Notes under the pieces: model-generated
What the model was told of the DNA's origin: nothing
The model's database searches: none
The model's input: the letters and a program-made list of their open reading frames with translations, nothing else
Part shown: piece after piece, positions 1-9,899 of the stretch
How positions within the stretch are numbered: position 1 is the first letter of the stretch
Layout of the letters: every line of letters begins with the position of its first letter
NCBI GenBank assembly: GCA_000320545.1
Contig: ADNK01000422.1
Span: 8,378 to 72,377 of the forward strand
Direction of reading: 5' to 3'
From: Bigelowiella natans CCMP2755
Taxonomy: Eukaryota; Protista; Cercozoa
Length of the DNA stretch: 64,000 bases
Translations under genes and position numbers: made by a program

Positions 1-483
1 GTCCATCTTCGGGTGAGGATCCGGAAAGCCCATGGTGTCGATGAGCGTCACATGCAATTTAGAAGAACTATCTTTTTTGTCAGGACATATTTCCAGCTCA
101 TATGTGGTGACTTCCTCGGTGCAACCCTCCTGTAACTTTGTCGAGGTTTTCGCAATGTCCTCCTCCTCATTGCCAAGCACACAACCGATTTCATTGATTA
201 ATGTCGATTTACCGCTTCCCGACTTCCCTATGATGACATATGCAGCTTTTTTTTTAACCCTTTCTTTCAGAAAGCCCTCTATCCTACTCTTTAGAGCTCG
301 GTTTGTCACCAATCTTTGGGGATCCACAAGTTTACGTGTTAAAGGATCAGTGCGACTTCGCTTATACCAGTTTTCTATGGATTTACGCTCGTAACTGTTC
401 CCCGTTTCGTTGAATGTTGGTTCCTTCATTATCTCATGCGAAATCGGGCATATGAACTCTGGTGGCACCCCCATGGAATGCAT
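1..483 (-). CDS. U-box domain plus P-loop GTPase (AIG1/Toc34/septin-like TRAFAC) fusion protein; runs off the left edge of the window
   Basis: Open minus-strand frame missing from the ORF track because it has no stop in the window. Translation: MHSMGVPPEFICPISHEIMKEPTFNETGNSYERKSIENWYKRSRTDPLTRKLVDPQRLVTNRALKSRIEGFL (U-box), then YVIIGKSGSGKSTLINEI (G1), GCTEEV (G2), VTLIDTMGFPD (G3). A possible splice acceptor at 518-520 means the true start may lie further upstream. Confidence 0.85.
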   Translation of the reverse strand, partial: MHSMGVPPEFICPISHEIMKEPTFNETGNSYERKSIENWYKRSRTDPLTRKLVDPQRLVTNRALKSRIEGFLKERVKKKAAYVIIGKSGSGKSTLINEIGCVLGNEEEDIAKTSTKLQEGCTEEVTTYELEICPDKKDSSSKLHVTLIDTMGFPDPHPKMD

Positions 484-2013
484 TTTCGATGACTTCGACT
501 TCGATACTTCGAGCTTCCTATGCACATACACATGTGAACATGTCTTTAGATATTTGGGCTACCAGATAGATGTACATAGAAATTTTTTAAACGCCACCCC
601 TCGCACAGCAATACAAACACAATCGAAAGAACATGTTTAAGGCCAGTCTTGTGCGCGCACGCGGCCTGCTAGCGTGTGGGTGACGGATGACTTTCACAAC
701 TTCGAATCGGCAATGACGACTCTTGCCTTGGTCAATTAGGATGGTGAGGGGAGAGCTTGGATTAGAAGAGCCTAGATTGGAAGCCAATTGTGCTGCAGAG
801 TGGCGCGGTGCTTCAGTGCAACAATGGGGTGATCGCGAGAGAATATGAATACTGATCCATTGAAGTTGAAATGGATGCAAGCGACAGACATTCTTTCTGT
901 GGCATTCTTCGGTGCCGAAGAATCTTCAGAAGGAATGGTCTAAGAGCAGTCTCAGAAGGGTATCAGAGTCGTCTTCGGGATGAAAACACCTAATAAACCC
1001 GAAACACTATTCAGGTTTCCGGTTTTCCCGAAACTCCATTGAGGTTTCTGGCAAAAATACATGGGAAGTTTCTGGTGTGAAGTCACCAAGATATTGGTGA
1101 CTTCCCAAAAGGTGTATTGATATCTAGAGTGGTCGATTGAGTACAGATGTATTCGGTATACATAATTGCCTGCTCAGCAAAAGGGGGAACCGAACTCTTG
1201 AGCTTAACCCGTGACATGACATTCACTTCGCACCACGTGCACCTGCATGCACACATTGTGCACTTTGGTGCACGCATTCACCATCACATGCACACAGGAA
1301 ACTGCAACACAAAGACGCACGGCGTGCAGGTTCACACATCACGAGATGCGTGACGTGTGCGTTCACGTTCTCACGAGGTGGAAGTGCCAACTCACGTCGC
1401 ATGCGTGTCATTGCTCACTAGGTCAGGTCACCAAGGAAGACGTGCCAGCGTGGAGGCACCAAAAAAAGGTTCATTTGTTCCACACCCGCCGGAACAATGA
1501 ACAATGAACACCCACCGGAGATGAGCACTCAACAGATGACCTTCAGAGACCAATGAACGAGTGAATGAAACGTGAATGATGAATGTGGGCCGCCAGTCCA
1601 TGTGCAACTCGAGGGAGTCACTCGGGTTTGATCCCGCTCGACGAGCCGACGTTGCGACAATCCATTTCGTCTGCGACAACGAAACTTGTGTGACGCAATA
1701 CCAACCTCAAAGGATGTTTTAGTTATTTGCTGGATAGTATTCTCGAATTGCCGAGAAGGATTGATTGCCGCTGCTCACAAACGACGGTCCACCCGCTGAC
1801 GTCTGCTCCCGTCAGCACATTACGCGACAACGTCTTCCCTCCCAAGTGTGCTCATCTGCCTGCACGAGCGTAGCCAGCACTGCAACACGGCAACTAGATA
1901 TTTTCTTTCGAACTGCTTGGGAAGAATAAGGAAAAACGCTGACAAAGACGTGACATTCAGAAACTGAGTTTAACTCTGAGGGCGTCTGAACGAATACTGC
2001 ACAGACAGACGTA

Positions 2014-3162
2014 ATGAAGATGAGGATGACACTTATTCGTACGCTGGTGATAACACTTGCAGTCTTGGTTGAATGTGGTAAGGATTTCTACAAGATCTTG
2101 GGCGTCCGTCGAAAAGCTAACGACAAAGAGATTAAATCGGCCTACAGGAAGCTGAGTATTAAGTACCACCCTGATAAAAATCCAGGGAACAAAGAAGCAG
2201 AAAATAAATTTCAAGAAGTTGCAAATGCGTATGAAGTCTTAAGTAATAAGGAAAAGAGGCAGGTCTATGATCGGCATGGAGAGGAAGGTTTAAAGGAGCA
2301 TCTGAAGCGCAGCGCAGGAGGTGGGGGTGGTGGTAACCCTTTCGACATGTTTTTTGGAGGGGGTATGTTCGGAGGCCAACAGCATGAAGAACAAAAACGT
2401 GGTCCAGACCTAAACCTTGATGTCCATGTCACTTTGAAGGATCTTTACTTGGGAAAGGTGGTCAGTGTTGCTCACAAGAAACAAACTCTCTGTCTGAACT
2501 ATGAAGACTGTCGAACCGATGACCAATCTTGCATCGGGCCTGGAATGAAGATGGTTACGCGACGCCTTGGACCTGGTTTTGTGCAACAAATGCAGAGTCA
2601 AGATCCTGCGTGTGGTGGCAAAGGCTATCGTCTAAAACGGAGATGCCGTGCGTGCCCTAAAGGACTGACAGAAAGTGCAGAGAAAATTCTCACCTTCGAG
2701 GTAGAACCTGGAATGGCAGACGGACATGTCATCAGTCTTGAAAATGAAGGCGATGAATTTATTGGGCAGCTCCCGGGACATGTAAATTTCAGAGTCAGCA
2801 CTCTCCCACATCCAACGTTCACCCGCAAGGGAGATGATCTATTCATGGATCTACATATTTCTTTGCCCGAATCTTTGGTTGAGTTCAGGAAAAGCTTCGT
2901 GCATGTAGACGGGCACAAGGTGAAGATATCTCGAAAGGAGGTGACAAAGCCATTTCAAGTCATACGAATAATTGGTGAGGGCATGCCCTTAGCTTCAAAT
3001 CCAAGCAGAAAGGGTGATTTACACGTGAAAGTTATTGTTGATTTCCCACGAAAACTGACGCAGGAACAAAAGGATACAGTGTTACAAATATTTGGCTCAG
3101 GCTCTTCCAAAAAGCGCTCCGGGAAAGGCAAGAAATCGAAAAAATCTCGTGATGATTTGTAG
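2014..3162 (+). CDS. ER-luminal DnaJ co-chaperone (ERdj3/DNAJB11/Scj1-like), intronless
   Basis: N-terminal signal peptide, J domain with HPD (KYHPDKN), G/F-rich linker, Cys-containing region (GPGFVQQMQ...CGGKG...CRAC), DnaJ C-terminal domain, and C-terminal RDDL. Confidence 0.93.
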   Translation: MKMRMTLIRTLVITLAVLVECGKDFYKILGVRRKANDKEIKSAYRKLSIKYHPDKNPGNKEAENKFQEVANAYEVLSNKEKRQVYDRHGEEGLKEHLKRSAGGGGGGNPFDMFFGGGMFGGQQHEEQKRGPDLNLDVHVTLKDLYLGKVVSVAHKKQTLCLNYEDCRTDDQSCIGPGMKMVTRRLGPGFVQQMQSQDPACGGKGYRLKRRCRACPKGLTESAEKILTFEVEPGMADGHVISLENEGDEFIGQLPGHVNFRVSTLPHPTFTRKGDDLFMDLHISLPESLVEFRKSFVHVDGHKVKISRKEVTKPFQVIRIIGEGMPLASNPSRKGDLHVKVIVDFPRKLTQEQKDTVLQIFGSGSSKKRSGKGKKSKKSRDDL

Positions 3163-3335
3163 CATCAATTATTATACAGATGGGGCCAAAATGGTTATTA
3201 TACATTAATTAACATTGGTAGTTGCGAAGCAAACGTCCAACTGCATGCACTTATATATTGCAGCGCTGGCGTATCCATATATTTCGCTAAGCGCCCACAT
3301 TCAACCGCTTCTTTCGAATGTTTGTGTGTTTAATA

Positions 3336-3661
3336 TGTTGCGCGTAAGGTGTTCACAGGCCGAGGCGCTACGTGCACAAGTAGGCAGGGGGGGGGAAAGG
3401 CACGTTTGCTTCCTTTTGAAGAGTTGTGTTTATTTTTATTAAAGATTATATTTTTATTAAATCGTGCACTGCGTAATCATTCGCGAAGCTTTCGCGAATG
3501 CCGCCGCACGTGGGGCAGCACACTTCCGGTGTGCTGCCATGAGTCCCGCCGGAACCCACGTGCCTATGCTGTATTAATATCTACGTTATCTATATTCTAT
3601 ATCCGCGACAACCCCTTTGTTGTCGCACGTGACTTGTGCCCGCGTAGTGGTACGCGCTACA
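3336..3661 (-). repeat. 3' LTR (326 bp)
   Basis: TGTTGCGCG...GCGCTACA, a direct repeat of 8727-9052. Confidence 0.97.
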
Positions 3662-3698
3662 CCTCCCCCAAGTCACGTTGCTCCTTCCTTCCTTCCTT
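3662..3698 (-). other. Polypurine tract of the LTR element
   Basis: Minus strand reads AAGGAAGGAAGGAAGGAG...TGGGGGAGG immediately before the 3' LTR. Confidence 0.75.
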
Positions 3699-3712
3699 AT
3701 TCCCTTAGACCT

Positions 3713-6346
3713 TCATCGCTTTCGGAACTTCACCAACCACCAGGTAATAGATTCCTCTCTAACCTTATCTCCTTTGTCGCTTACCCAGAACTCACCTTCG
3801 TCCTTAGGTTCGTGTCCATACCAGCCCTCTGCATCAAGGTCCCCCAGGACCTTATACCAGTGCTCAAAGGGTAAGTCGGGAACAGCTAGGTAGAGTAGCT
3901 GATATTTTCCGTCCTTTATTTTCATAGCTACCCTCTCCATATTTCGTAATCCAGGGTAGCCTAGATAGACAATCTTCATGCGCCAATCGTCGTTCACCCT
4001 GACCTTATTGTTTCCATATTCCACATCGAACTTAGGTCGGGGTCCTAAACAAGGCATTGCTCGCTCCCACACAGTAGGGTTTACTTTAACATCCTCTAGG
4101 AGCTTCTCACCGATATCATAATTCTTTAGGTGACTGATGTGGCGCAAGGTGACCCTGTTCCCATCATAGATGTAGTACTGCTTCCTCCCCTTCCTCTCGG
4201 TAACCTTTGCAACGCCACCCCAGAAGGGGTCTTGTTTATTTCTCGATCTCAGATTTACCTTGGCCCTAACATACTGTCCTTCCTTTAGAACTCGGCCATC
4301 GTACGGGACCTTCTCGTCTTCGCTCTCGGTATCGTCGTCGTTGTCGTCGCCTTCTTCCCTCTCCTTATCCTTGATACCTCCCCCAGACGTGAAGGTGTCG
4401 TTTACTAACCCTTGTATCTTGTCTGGTGTGGTGCTATTTATCCTGCTTAGGTTGGCCAAGGTGCGGTGGAGTCGCTCTACCTTGGAGTTGGACTGGGCAT
4501 AGTATACAGGTGAGGCATCAATATTAGGGTGTGGTAGCTGTAGAAGAGAGGTCTCATTATCCACATGTAACTTCTTTGGTATCTTGTTTATGCTAACTTC
4601 ATCAGGGATAGCCTGGAGCTCAGACTCCCAGGTACGGTAGCAGTTAGTAAGCCTCTGCTTATATAAGCCTTTGTTCTTCTTAGCAACGTTGACCTTGATA
4701 ATCTTTTTAACCCAGCACTTTCCAGTGGCCACATCAACGAAGGTAAGGTAGTGATAGCCATCGTACTTATAAACATCAATTTGCACGATATCTAAGAAGT
4801 TCCTTGCTTTGATTTTCTTAGATGCACGGCTCTTGCTGGACTCCTTGGTGGCGACGCCTGCCGCCTTCAAGCTGGAGCACCTGCAGCCACGCAGGTATGT
4901 CCTTATCTCTTTTAGCTTGTAGGGCCAGTAGTAATGGTAGAGTAGAGCAGTGATATGGTTTTCTCCTACGTGTGCAGGTCCATGGGCGGTAAAGAGAAGG
5001 GCTCCCCTGGTCCGCCGTGGCACGTAGGTACGCCTAACATTATTAGTGTATACATATATCCTATCACTAAGTACCTCATGCTTGTGTTTGTATTTATCCA
5101 GGTGTTCTTGAAGGTGCTGGAGCTCCTCTGGCTCAGGCAGGAAGTCGCCGTCCTCGAAGGTAATCGCGTTAACCATAGGGGTGACCTGGGTAGGGACTTT
5201 CTTTTCGAACAGCCTGCTGAAATAGTCAGCAAGCTGCTTGTCTCCTGGTGCGTAGACCACTGTCCTCTTGTCCCTAAACTCTTCCGTGTCCGCCCTCATA
5301 GCTGCATACTCATCGTTAGGCGCTTCGAGCTTGCGGTCGATGCCTAGGAGGGGCTTGTGGTCAGTCATTAAGGTGAAGCTGGGCACCGACAGCAGGTAGT
5401 ATCTTAGTTTCCTCTGCGCCTCAGTCATGGCTTTATACTCTCCTTTTGTAGGGCTGTACTTGGCCTCAGCTGCTGTGCAGGCCCTGCCCCACACCCGTAT
5501 GATCTGCTGGTCTTGGGTAAGTACAGCAGCCATACCTAGCTTAGACCAGTCTGTCCATAGGGTAGCTGGTCTAGTAGTGTCTAGCTTAGCATTCAATAGG
5601 GTGTTGCTGCATAACTTTATTAGGTTATCGAAGTGGGCATCAAGGCCAGCCTTGGCCCACACCTTAGCGAAGCTGAGGCCTACAGAGTTCTCCTTCCGGT
5701 AAGCAGTAGTAAAAGCAGCTGCAGTCCTAGCGTAGGTAGGGGAGAACCTACGTAGTATCCAAGCTGCAGTCTGCAAGAATGACTTTAACTCCTTTGCATT
5801 CTTAGGTTTAGGGGCTTGCTGTAGTGCTGCTACTTTCTCGGGGTTTGGGGTGATGCGGCCTTGCTCCAGGTAATATCCACACCACTTGATTCTTGTAGCT
5901 AGGAATGTACACTTCTGCAGTCTAATAGTAAAACCGAAGTGTGCAAACCTAATAAATATATTTTCCAGGAGGAAGATCTGAGCGACGACTGTGTTGGTAC
6001 ATATTATGTCATCATCCACATACACAAACACAAACACCCACAACACAGACGCCATCCCATCATGTGTGTATGCCCTGTAGTTCTGACTACTGAACGCATC
6101 CCCTGATATGCTTAGGCCGTAAGGGAATACGACGAAGTGCCACTTCCTGTGCCTGCTGGAGAACGCGGTAATGGGGCGGGAGGTTTTGTGGATGGGTGTC
6201 TGCATGTATGATTCATTTTTATCTAGGGAAGAGTAGTATTTGTATCCTATGACGTGTTCAATAACGTCATCTATCCTTGGTGTAGGTGTCTGGATCCTCT
6301 TTATTACTCGGTTGTGGCGGATGAAGTTGTGAGCCAAGCGGAAGAA
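3713..6346 (-). CDS. pol: Pol (RT, RNase H, integrase, C-terminal DAM-like domain), in the +1 frame relative to gag
   Basis: PTPRIDD, SSLD, FPYGL, YVDD (RT); LWTDWS, YSPTKGE, TDHKPL (RNase H); H-H-C-C region, QID, HVDNE, KVERLHRTL (integrase). There is no ATG start of its own at the frame junction. Confidence 0.92.
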   Translation of the reverse strand, partial: FFRLAHNFIRHNRVIKRIQTPTPRIDDVIEHVIGYKYYSSLDKNESYMQTPIHKTSRPITAFSSRHRKWHFVVFPYGLSISGDAFSSQNYRAYTHDGMASVLWVFVFVYVDDDIICTNTVVAQIFLLENIFIRFAHFGFTIRLQKCTFLATRIKWCGYYLEQGRITPNPEKVAALQQAPKPKNAKELKSFLQTAAWILRRFSPTYARTAAAFTTAYRKENSVGLSFAKVWAKAGLDAHFDNLIKLCSNTLLNAKLDTTRPATLWTDWSKLGMAAVLTQDQQIIRVWGRACTAAEAKYSPTKGEYKAMTEAQRKLRYYLLSVPSFTLMTDHKPLLGIDRKLEAPNDEYAAMRADTEEFRDKRTVVYAPGDKQLADYFSRLFEKKVPTQVTPMVNAITFEDGDFLPEPEELQHLQEHLDKYKHKHEVLSDRIYVYTNNVRRTYVPRRTRGALLFTAHGPAHVGENHITALLYHYYWPYKLKEIRTYLRGCRCSSLKAAGVATKESSKSRASKKIKARNFLDIVQIDVYKYDGYHYLTFVDVATGKCWVKKIIKVNVAKKNKGLYKQRLTNCYRTWESELQAIPDEVSINKIPKKLHVDNETSLLQLPHPNIDASPVYYAQSNSKVERLHRTLANLSRINSTTPDKIQGLVNDTFTSGGGIKDKEREEGDDNDDDTESEDEKVPYDGRVLKEGQYVRAKVNLRSRNKQDPFWGGVAKVTERKGRKQYYIYDGNRVTLRHISHLKNYDIGEKLLEDVKVNPTVWERAMPCLGPRPKFDVEYGNNKVRVNDDWRMKIVYLGYPGLRNMERVAMKIKDGKYQLLYLAVPDLPFEHWYKVLGDLDAEGWYGHEPKDEGEFWVSDKGDKVREESITWWLVKFRKR

Positions 6347-8687
6347 AAGGGTAAGTAGGTTTCTTAGCTAGCACATGTCTCACGTTCCATGGTGAGTTGC
6401 TTGGCTCTATCTTCCCTTCCTTTGCCCATTCATTGATCTGCCACTCTATCTTTTCCCAGTCCGCTTCCGGTCGCCTATGTTCTGGGTCATTGATGATGCA
6501 CTCTTCGTATCCCTTCTTTAGCTCGATCTTTACTGGGGTAAGCTTGCTGGAGGGCTTCGTCGTCGGCTTGGTGATGTCAGAGTACTTCTCGTTTAATATT
6601 TTATTAATGTACTTTTTGCCTTTGTCGATATCCCAATCATCAGCTGGGGGGGTCTTGTCCAGTAGCTCCGTTATCTGTCGGATGGTCTTGCCGGGGTTCT
6701 TCTTCCGTAGCTCGGTAGGTGTAGGTAGCTTGTTGTCCGCTAGGTCCATAAACTCTAACGCATTAACGCTTGACTCAGAGGTCCACTCGTCAAGCCGTAT
6801 CATGTTCTGGCTGATGGTCCTGCCTGACTTCTTTGGCAACTTAGCAAAGTATATCTTGTGATTGTAGAATGATATGATCCCCCCTAATTTTTCTAGGGCA
6901 TCCTGTCCGAGGAGTAGTTCCATGGATAAAGTCATGGCTACTCGGGTCTTGATTTGGGTCTCCGCGTCGCTGCCAGGTATCTGTAGCTTTAGCATTAGCT
7001 CACCGACGGTCTTCATGGAAGAGCTTCCGTCTGCTTGAGCATATTTACGTTCTTTCTTAGTCACTTGATCCAATAGTCCTAACCTTCTTACTGTGCTTAG
7101 GCTTATGAAGGACTTCGGCATGCTGCCACTATCCCAAAGGGCAGGTAGTTTCTTGTAGTCTCCGTAGCTGTCTTTAACTTTAACCTTGGTCATAGCAACT
7201 TTGATAGTCCTGTTAGCGTCTTCGTCATTAATGTTGCATACTCCTAAGTTCTTTATGTCGTCTAGGGTCATGGGCTTGTCTTGGTCCTGCGTTGCTGGTA
7301 CTGCTGTCTTCGTCGGCGCCTGCTTAAGGTGATCTAATATTCCGTTTATCTGCTGCTGTATAGCATTGATACTGTTCTGCTTTTTGTTCTTATATTTATT
7401 GTTCTTCCCGTTGTTGCTGCCTTGCCATTTGCTGTTGTTATATCCTTGTCCTCTGCCTTTCTTTCTCTTTAACTTCTCGTAGTGTTCGTTGAGCTGCCTG
7501 ATCGTCATCCTGGGTCGTCCTTCTTTCCTGTCTCTGCAGTCTTTAGCGGTGTGTTTCCCTTTACGTGAGCAGTATCCGCAACGTCGGTTACCTTCCCTGT
7601 CCTTGTACCAGTCTCGCTGCGGCTTAATAGCGTTAATGTTTCCTATGCCAGGTACCTTAGGGCTGGTAAACTTGCGGTCCTGCTCCTGCTCGCGTAGGGA
7701 TATAGCCTGCACTGCTGCCTCCATCGTGGTGTAGCCTTTCTCCGTAACGTAAGTGGATTCCTTTATCTTTAACTTGAACTCTTCAAACCTTGCCTGATCA
7801 TCACCTGTGTTGTAATTAAAATCATGTAGTTCGTCGATCATATCCTGGAAGCGCGTGGCAAAGTCTCTAACAGGTTCTCTCTCATGCTGCATCATTGCTC
7901 TGTATTTTCTAATAGTCTGGGGTAGGGAGTTAGCATCCTGTTCATTTACAAAAGCCTTCATTATCGCCTCAACGTCTCGTAGCCCACTAACTGTAGTGTG
8001 TATTTTCTCTAGCTGCCTGATCCGGGTCCTGCCTGTCTCGTAAAGGTCCATGGCTTGCTTTATTATAGCTAGCCATTTGAGCTTGTCGTTTTCGGTGGGG
8101 TTAGGGGTAAAGTCGCAGAGTATACTCCTAGCGTTCTTCCACCACCTCCTTGCCTCACCTCTTTTCCCGTTGTATTTCGTTATCATAACCGGTGCTGTTT
8201 TAACAGACATGAACTGGGTGTTCCGCTGTACCGGCTGCTGCTGCTTGACGGTGCTCTGGGTCGTCCCCCGCGAGGCGCCCAGACTCCCGTCGTTCCTAAA
8301 CAAAGCTGCCCACTCTGGAGGTAAGTCTGCTTCGTAATCCATGATGTCCTGCATGATAGCTGCCCAAACATCATGTGTCTGATACTTGTATTCTATCGAT
8401 ACTTTCAGTTTGGCGTAGTTGCTCGCCCTGGGTCGCAAGGCTCGTAATGCCATTACGACCTTCTTGCTTTCGGCGGCCACGTCCTCGTCGTCCGCCTCGT
8501 AGAAGTTCTCCAGTGCCTCTGCTGCTGCATCTGCTTTCTTAATCCCGGGTGCTGGTCCCGGCGGTGCCTGTGGAGGTGTTCCTCCTCCTTCCTTAGCGTC
8601 CGTATCGCCCTTCCTTTCCTGTTTCTGCTCGTGCCCTTGCACGGCCTGCGAGCCAAAGTCCTGCTGTTCTTCTAGCTGCTGTGACAT
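6267..8687 (-). CDS. gag: Gag-protease polyprotein (806 aa) that also contains the RT N-terminus
   Basis: Capsid MHR-like QHEREPVRDFATRF, zinc knuckle CGYCSRKGKHTAKDC, aspartic protease ALWDSGS...LLLGQD, and RT start KIEPSNSPW. Confidence 0.9.
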   Translation of the reverse strand: MSQQLEEQQDFGSQAVQGHEQKQERKGDTDAKEGGGTPPQAPPGPAPGIKKADAAAEALENFYEADDEDVAAESKKVVMALRALRPRASNYAKLKVSIEYKYQTHDVWAAIMQDIMDYEADLPPEWAALFRNDGSLGASRGTTQSTVKQQQPVQRNTQFMSVKTAPVMITKYNGKRGEARRWWKNARSILCDFTPNPTENDKLKWLAIIKQAMDLYETGRTRIRQLEKIHTTVSGLRDVEAIMKAFVNEQDANSLPQTIRKYRAMMQHEREPVRDFATRFQDMIDELHDFNYNTGDDQARFEEFKLKIKESTYVTEKGYTTMEAAVQAISLREQEQDRKFTSPKVPGIGNINAIKPQRDWYKDREGNRRCGYCSRKGKHTAKDCRDRKEGRPRMTIRQLNEHYEKLKRKKGRGQGYNNSKWQGSNNGKNNKYKNKKQNSINAIQQQINGILDHLKQAPTKTAVPATQDQDKPMTLDDIKNLGVCNINDEDANRTIKVAMTKVKVKDSYGDYKKLPALWDSGSMPKSFISLSTVRRLGLLDQVTKKERKYAQADGSSSMKTVGELMLKLQIPGSDAETQIKTRVAMTLSMELLLGQDALEKLGGIISFYNHKIYFAKLPKKSGRTISQNMIRLDEWTSESSVNALEFMDLADNKLPTPTELRKKNPGKTIRQITELLDKTPPADDWDIDKGKKYINKILNEKYSDITKPTTKPSSKLTPVKIELKKGYEECIINDPEHRRPEADWEKIEWQINEWAKEGKIEPSNSPWNVRHVLAKKPTYPFLPLGSQLHPPQPSNKEDPDTYTKDR

Positions 8688-8703
8688 TGTTAGTCAAATC
8701 GTT

Positions 8704-8721
8704 TCCCGTGTGTGGAAGCCA
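8704..8721 (-). other. Primer-binding site, probably tRNA-Glu/Asp type
   Basis: Minus strand TGGCTTCCACACACGGGA starts 5 nt after the 5' LTR. Its complement (...TCGTTTCCCGTGTGTGGAAG-CCA) resembles a tRNA T-arm/acceptor 3' end. The tRNA identity is inference. Confidence 0.65.
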
Positions 8722-8726
8722 AAGGT

Positions 8727-9052
8727 TGTTGCGCGTAAGGTGTTCACAGGCCGAGGCGCTACGTGCACAAGTAGGCAGGGGGGGGGAAAGGCACGTTTGC
8801 TTCCTTTTGAAGAGTTGTGTTTATTTTTATTAAAGATTATATTTTTATTAAATCGTGCACTGCGTAATCATTCGCGAAGCTTTCGCGAATGCCGCCGCAC
8901 GTGGGGCAGCACACTTCCGGTGTGCTGCCATGAGTCCCGCCGGAACCCACGTGCCTATGCTGTATTAATATCTACGTTATCTATATTCTATATCCGCGAC
9001 AACCCCTTTGTTGTCGCACGTGACTTGTGCCCGCGTAGTGGTACGCGCTACA
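8727..9052 (-). repeat. 5' LTR (326 bp)
   Basis: Direct repeat of 3336-3661, adjacent to the PBS. Confidence 0.97.
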
Positions 9053-9625
9053 AATACGTGTACATATGTGTGAATCTCTAGACGTGTATTTATAAATGTG
9101 TATCATCGTATCATTCTAGCATTTTGCTTTATGTCATGGCCACATATGTGAACGCAGAAAAAATCATTTAAACGAGGTAATGGTAATGTAGCGCGTATCG
9201 TACGTACGTACACGCGCACACGTCTAGACGTGCATTGTGCTTGCGTAGCTTGCATGTAGCTAGCACTAGAGCTAGGTTGCTCGCAAATTAATGAAAGATC
9301 GCGAGCATTGCTATATTGCATGCTGTACATCGCGTAATGCATCGCTGCTGTATTATATGTGCTAGTGTGCTTCGTAATCGCATCGATCGTTGCATCGATT
9401 GCTACCTGCGACGATACGCCAGCACTTCTAAACTTGCAATGCAAGTTGGCGGCCCGGCTGCAGTATTTCTAGATTTTTTTTGCGAAGCAGCATGCGCCTA
9501 TGCTGTGAGATGGAAGTAGCTCGTGGCGGGGCAATAAATATACGTGATAGAATTTTGTGCGCTGCAGTAGTGCACGGCATGCAGCGACGAAGTTGGCAAT
9601 CCAAACGACTGATTGCGTTTGTAAT

Positions 9626-9832
9626 AGAGAGAGGAGAGGGGGGGGAGGAGGAGAGAGAGAGAAAGAGGAAGAGAAAGAAAGAGAGAAAGAGAGAGGGTGA
9701 GAGGGAGATGAAAAGCGGGGCGGGGAGGTAGTGTTTGGACGATGTAAAATATTTTTCAAATGAACTCTACTCACGTTATAACTACACACAACAACACACA
9801 AATTATGCAAACATGTAAATATCTAAATCTGT

Positions 9833-9887
<55 letters not shown>

Positions 9888-9899
9888 CGACATATATGG

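Larger units (their letters stand above)
3336..9052 (-). mobile_element. Full-length Ty3/Gypsy LTR retrotransposon, very recent insertion
   Basis: Two 326-bp LTRs with TG...CA ends that read identical. 4-bp TSD AATA (3332-3335 and 9053-9056). PBS and PPT present. Domain order Gag-PR-RT-RH-IN. Confidence 0.97.

Noticed and set aside
1615-1650. GGGTTTGATCCC, resembling a tRNA/SINE B box
   Set aside because: No cloverleaf, A box or second copy is visible in the window.
3349-3708. ORFs of 119 and 123 aa in the two LTRs (also 8710-9081)
   Set aside because: They are incidental frames within the LTR duplicate, antisense to the element, with non-ATG starts.
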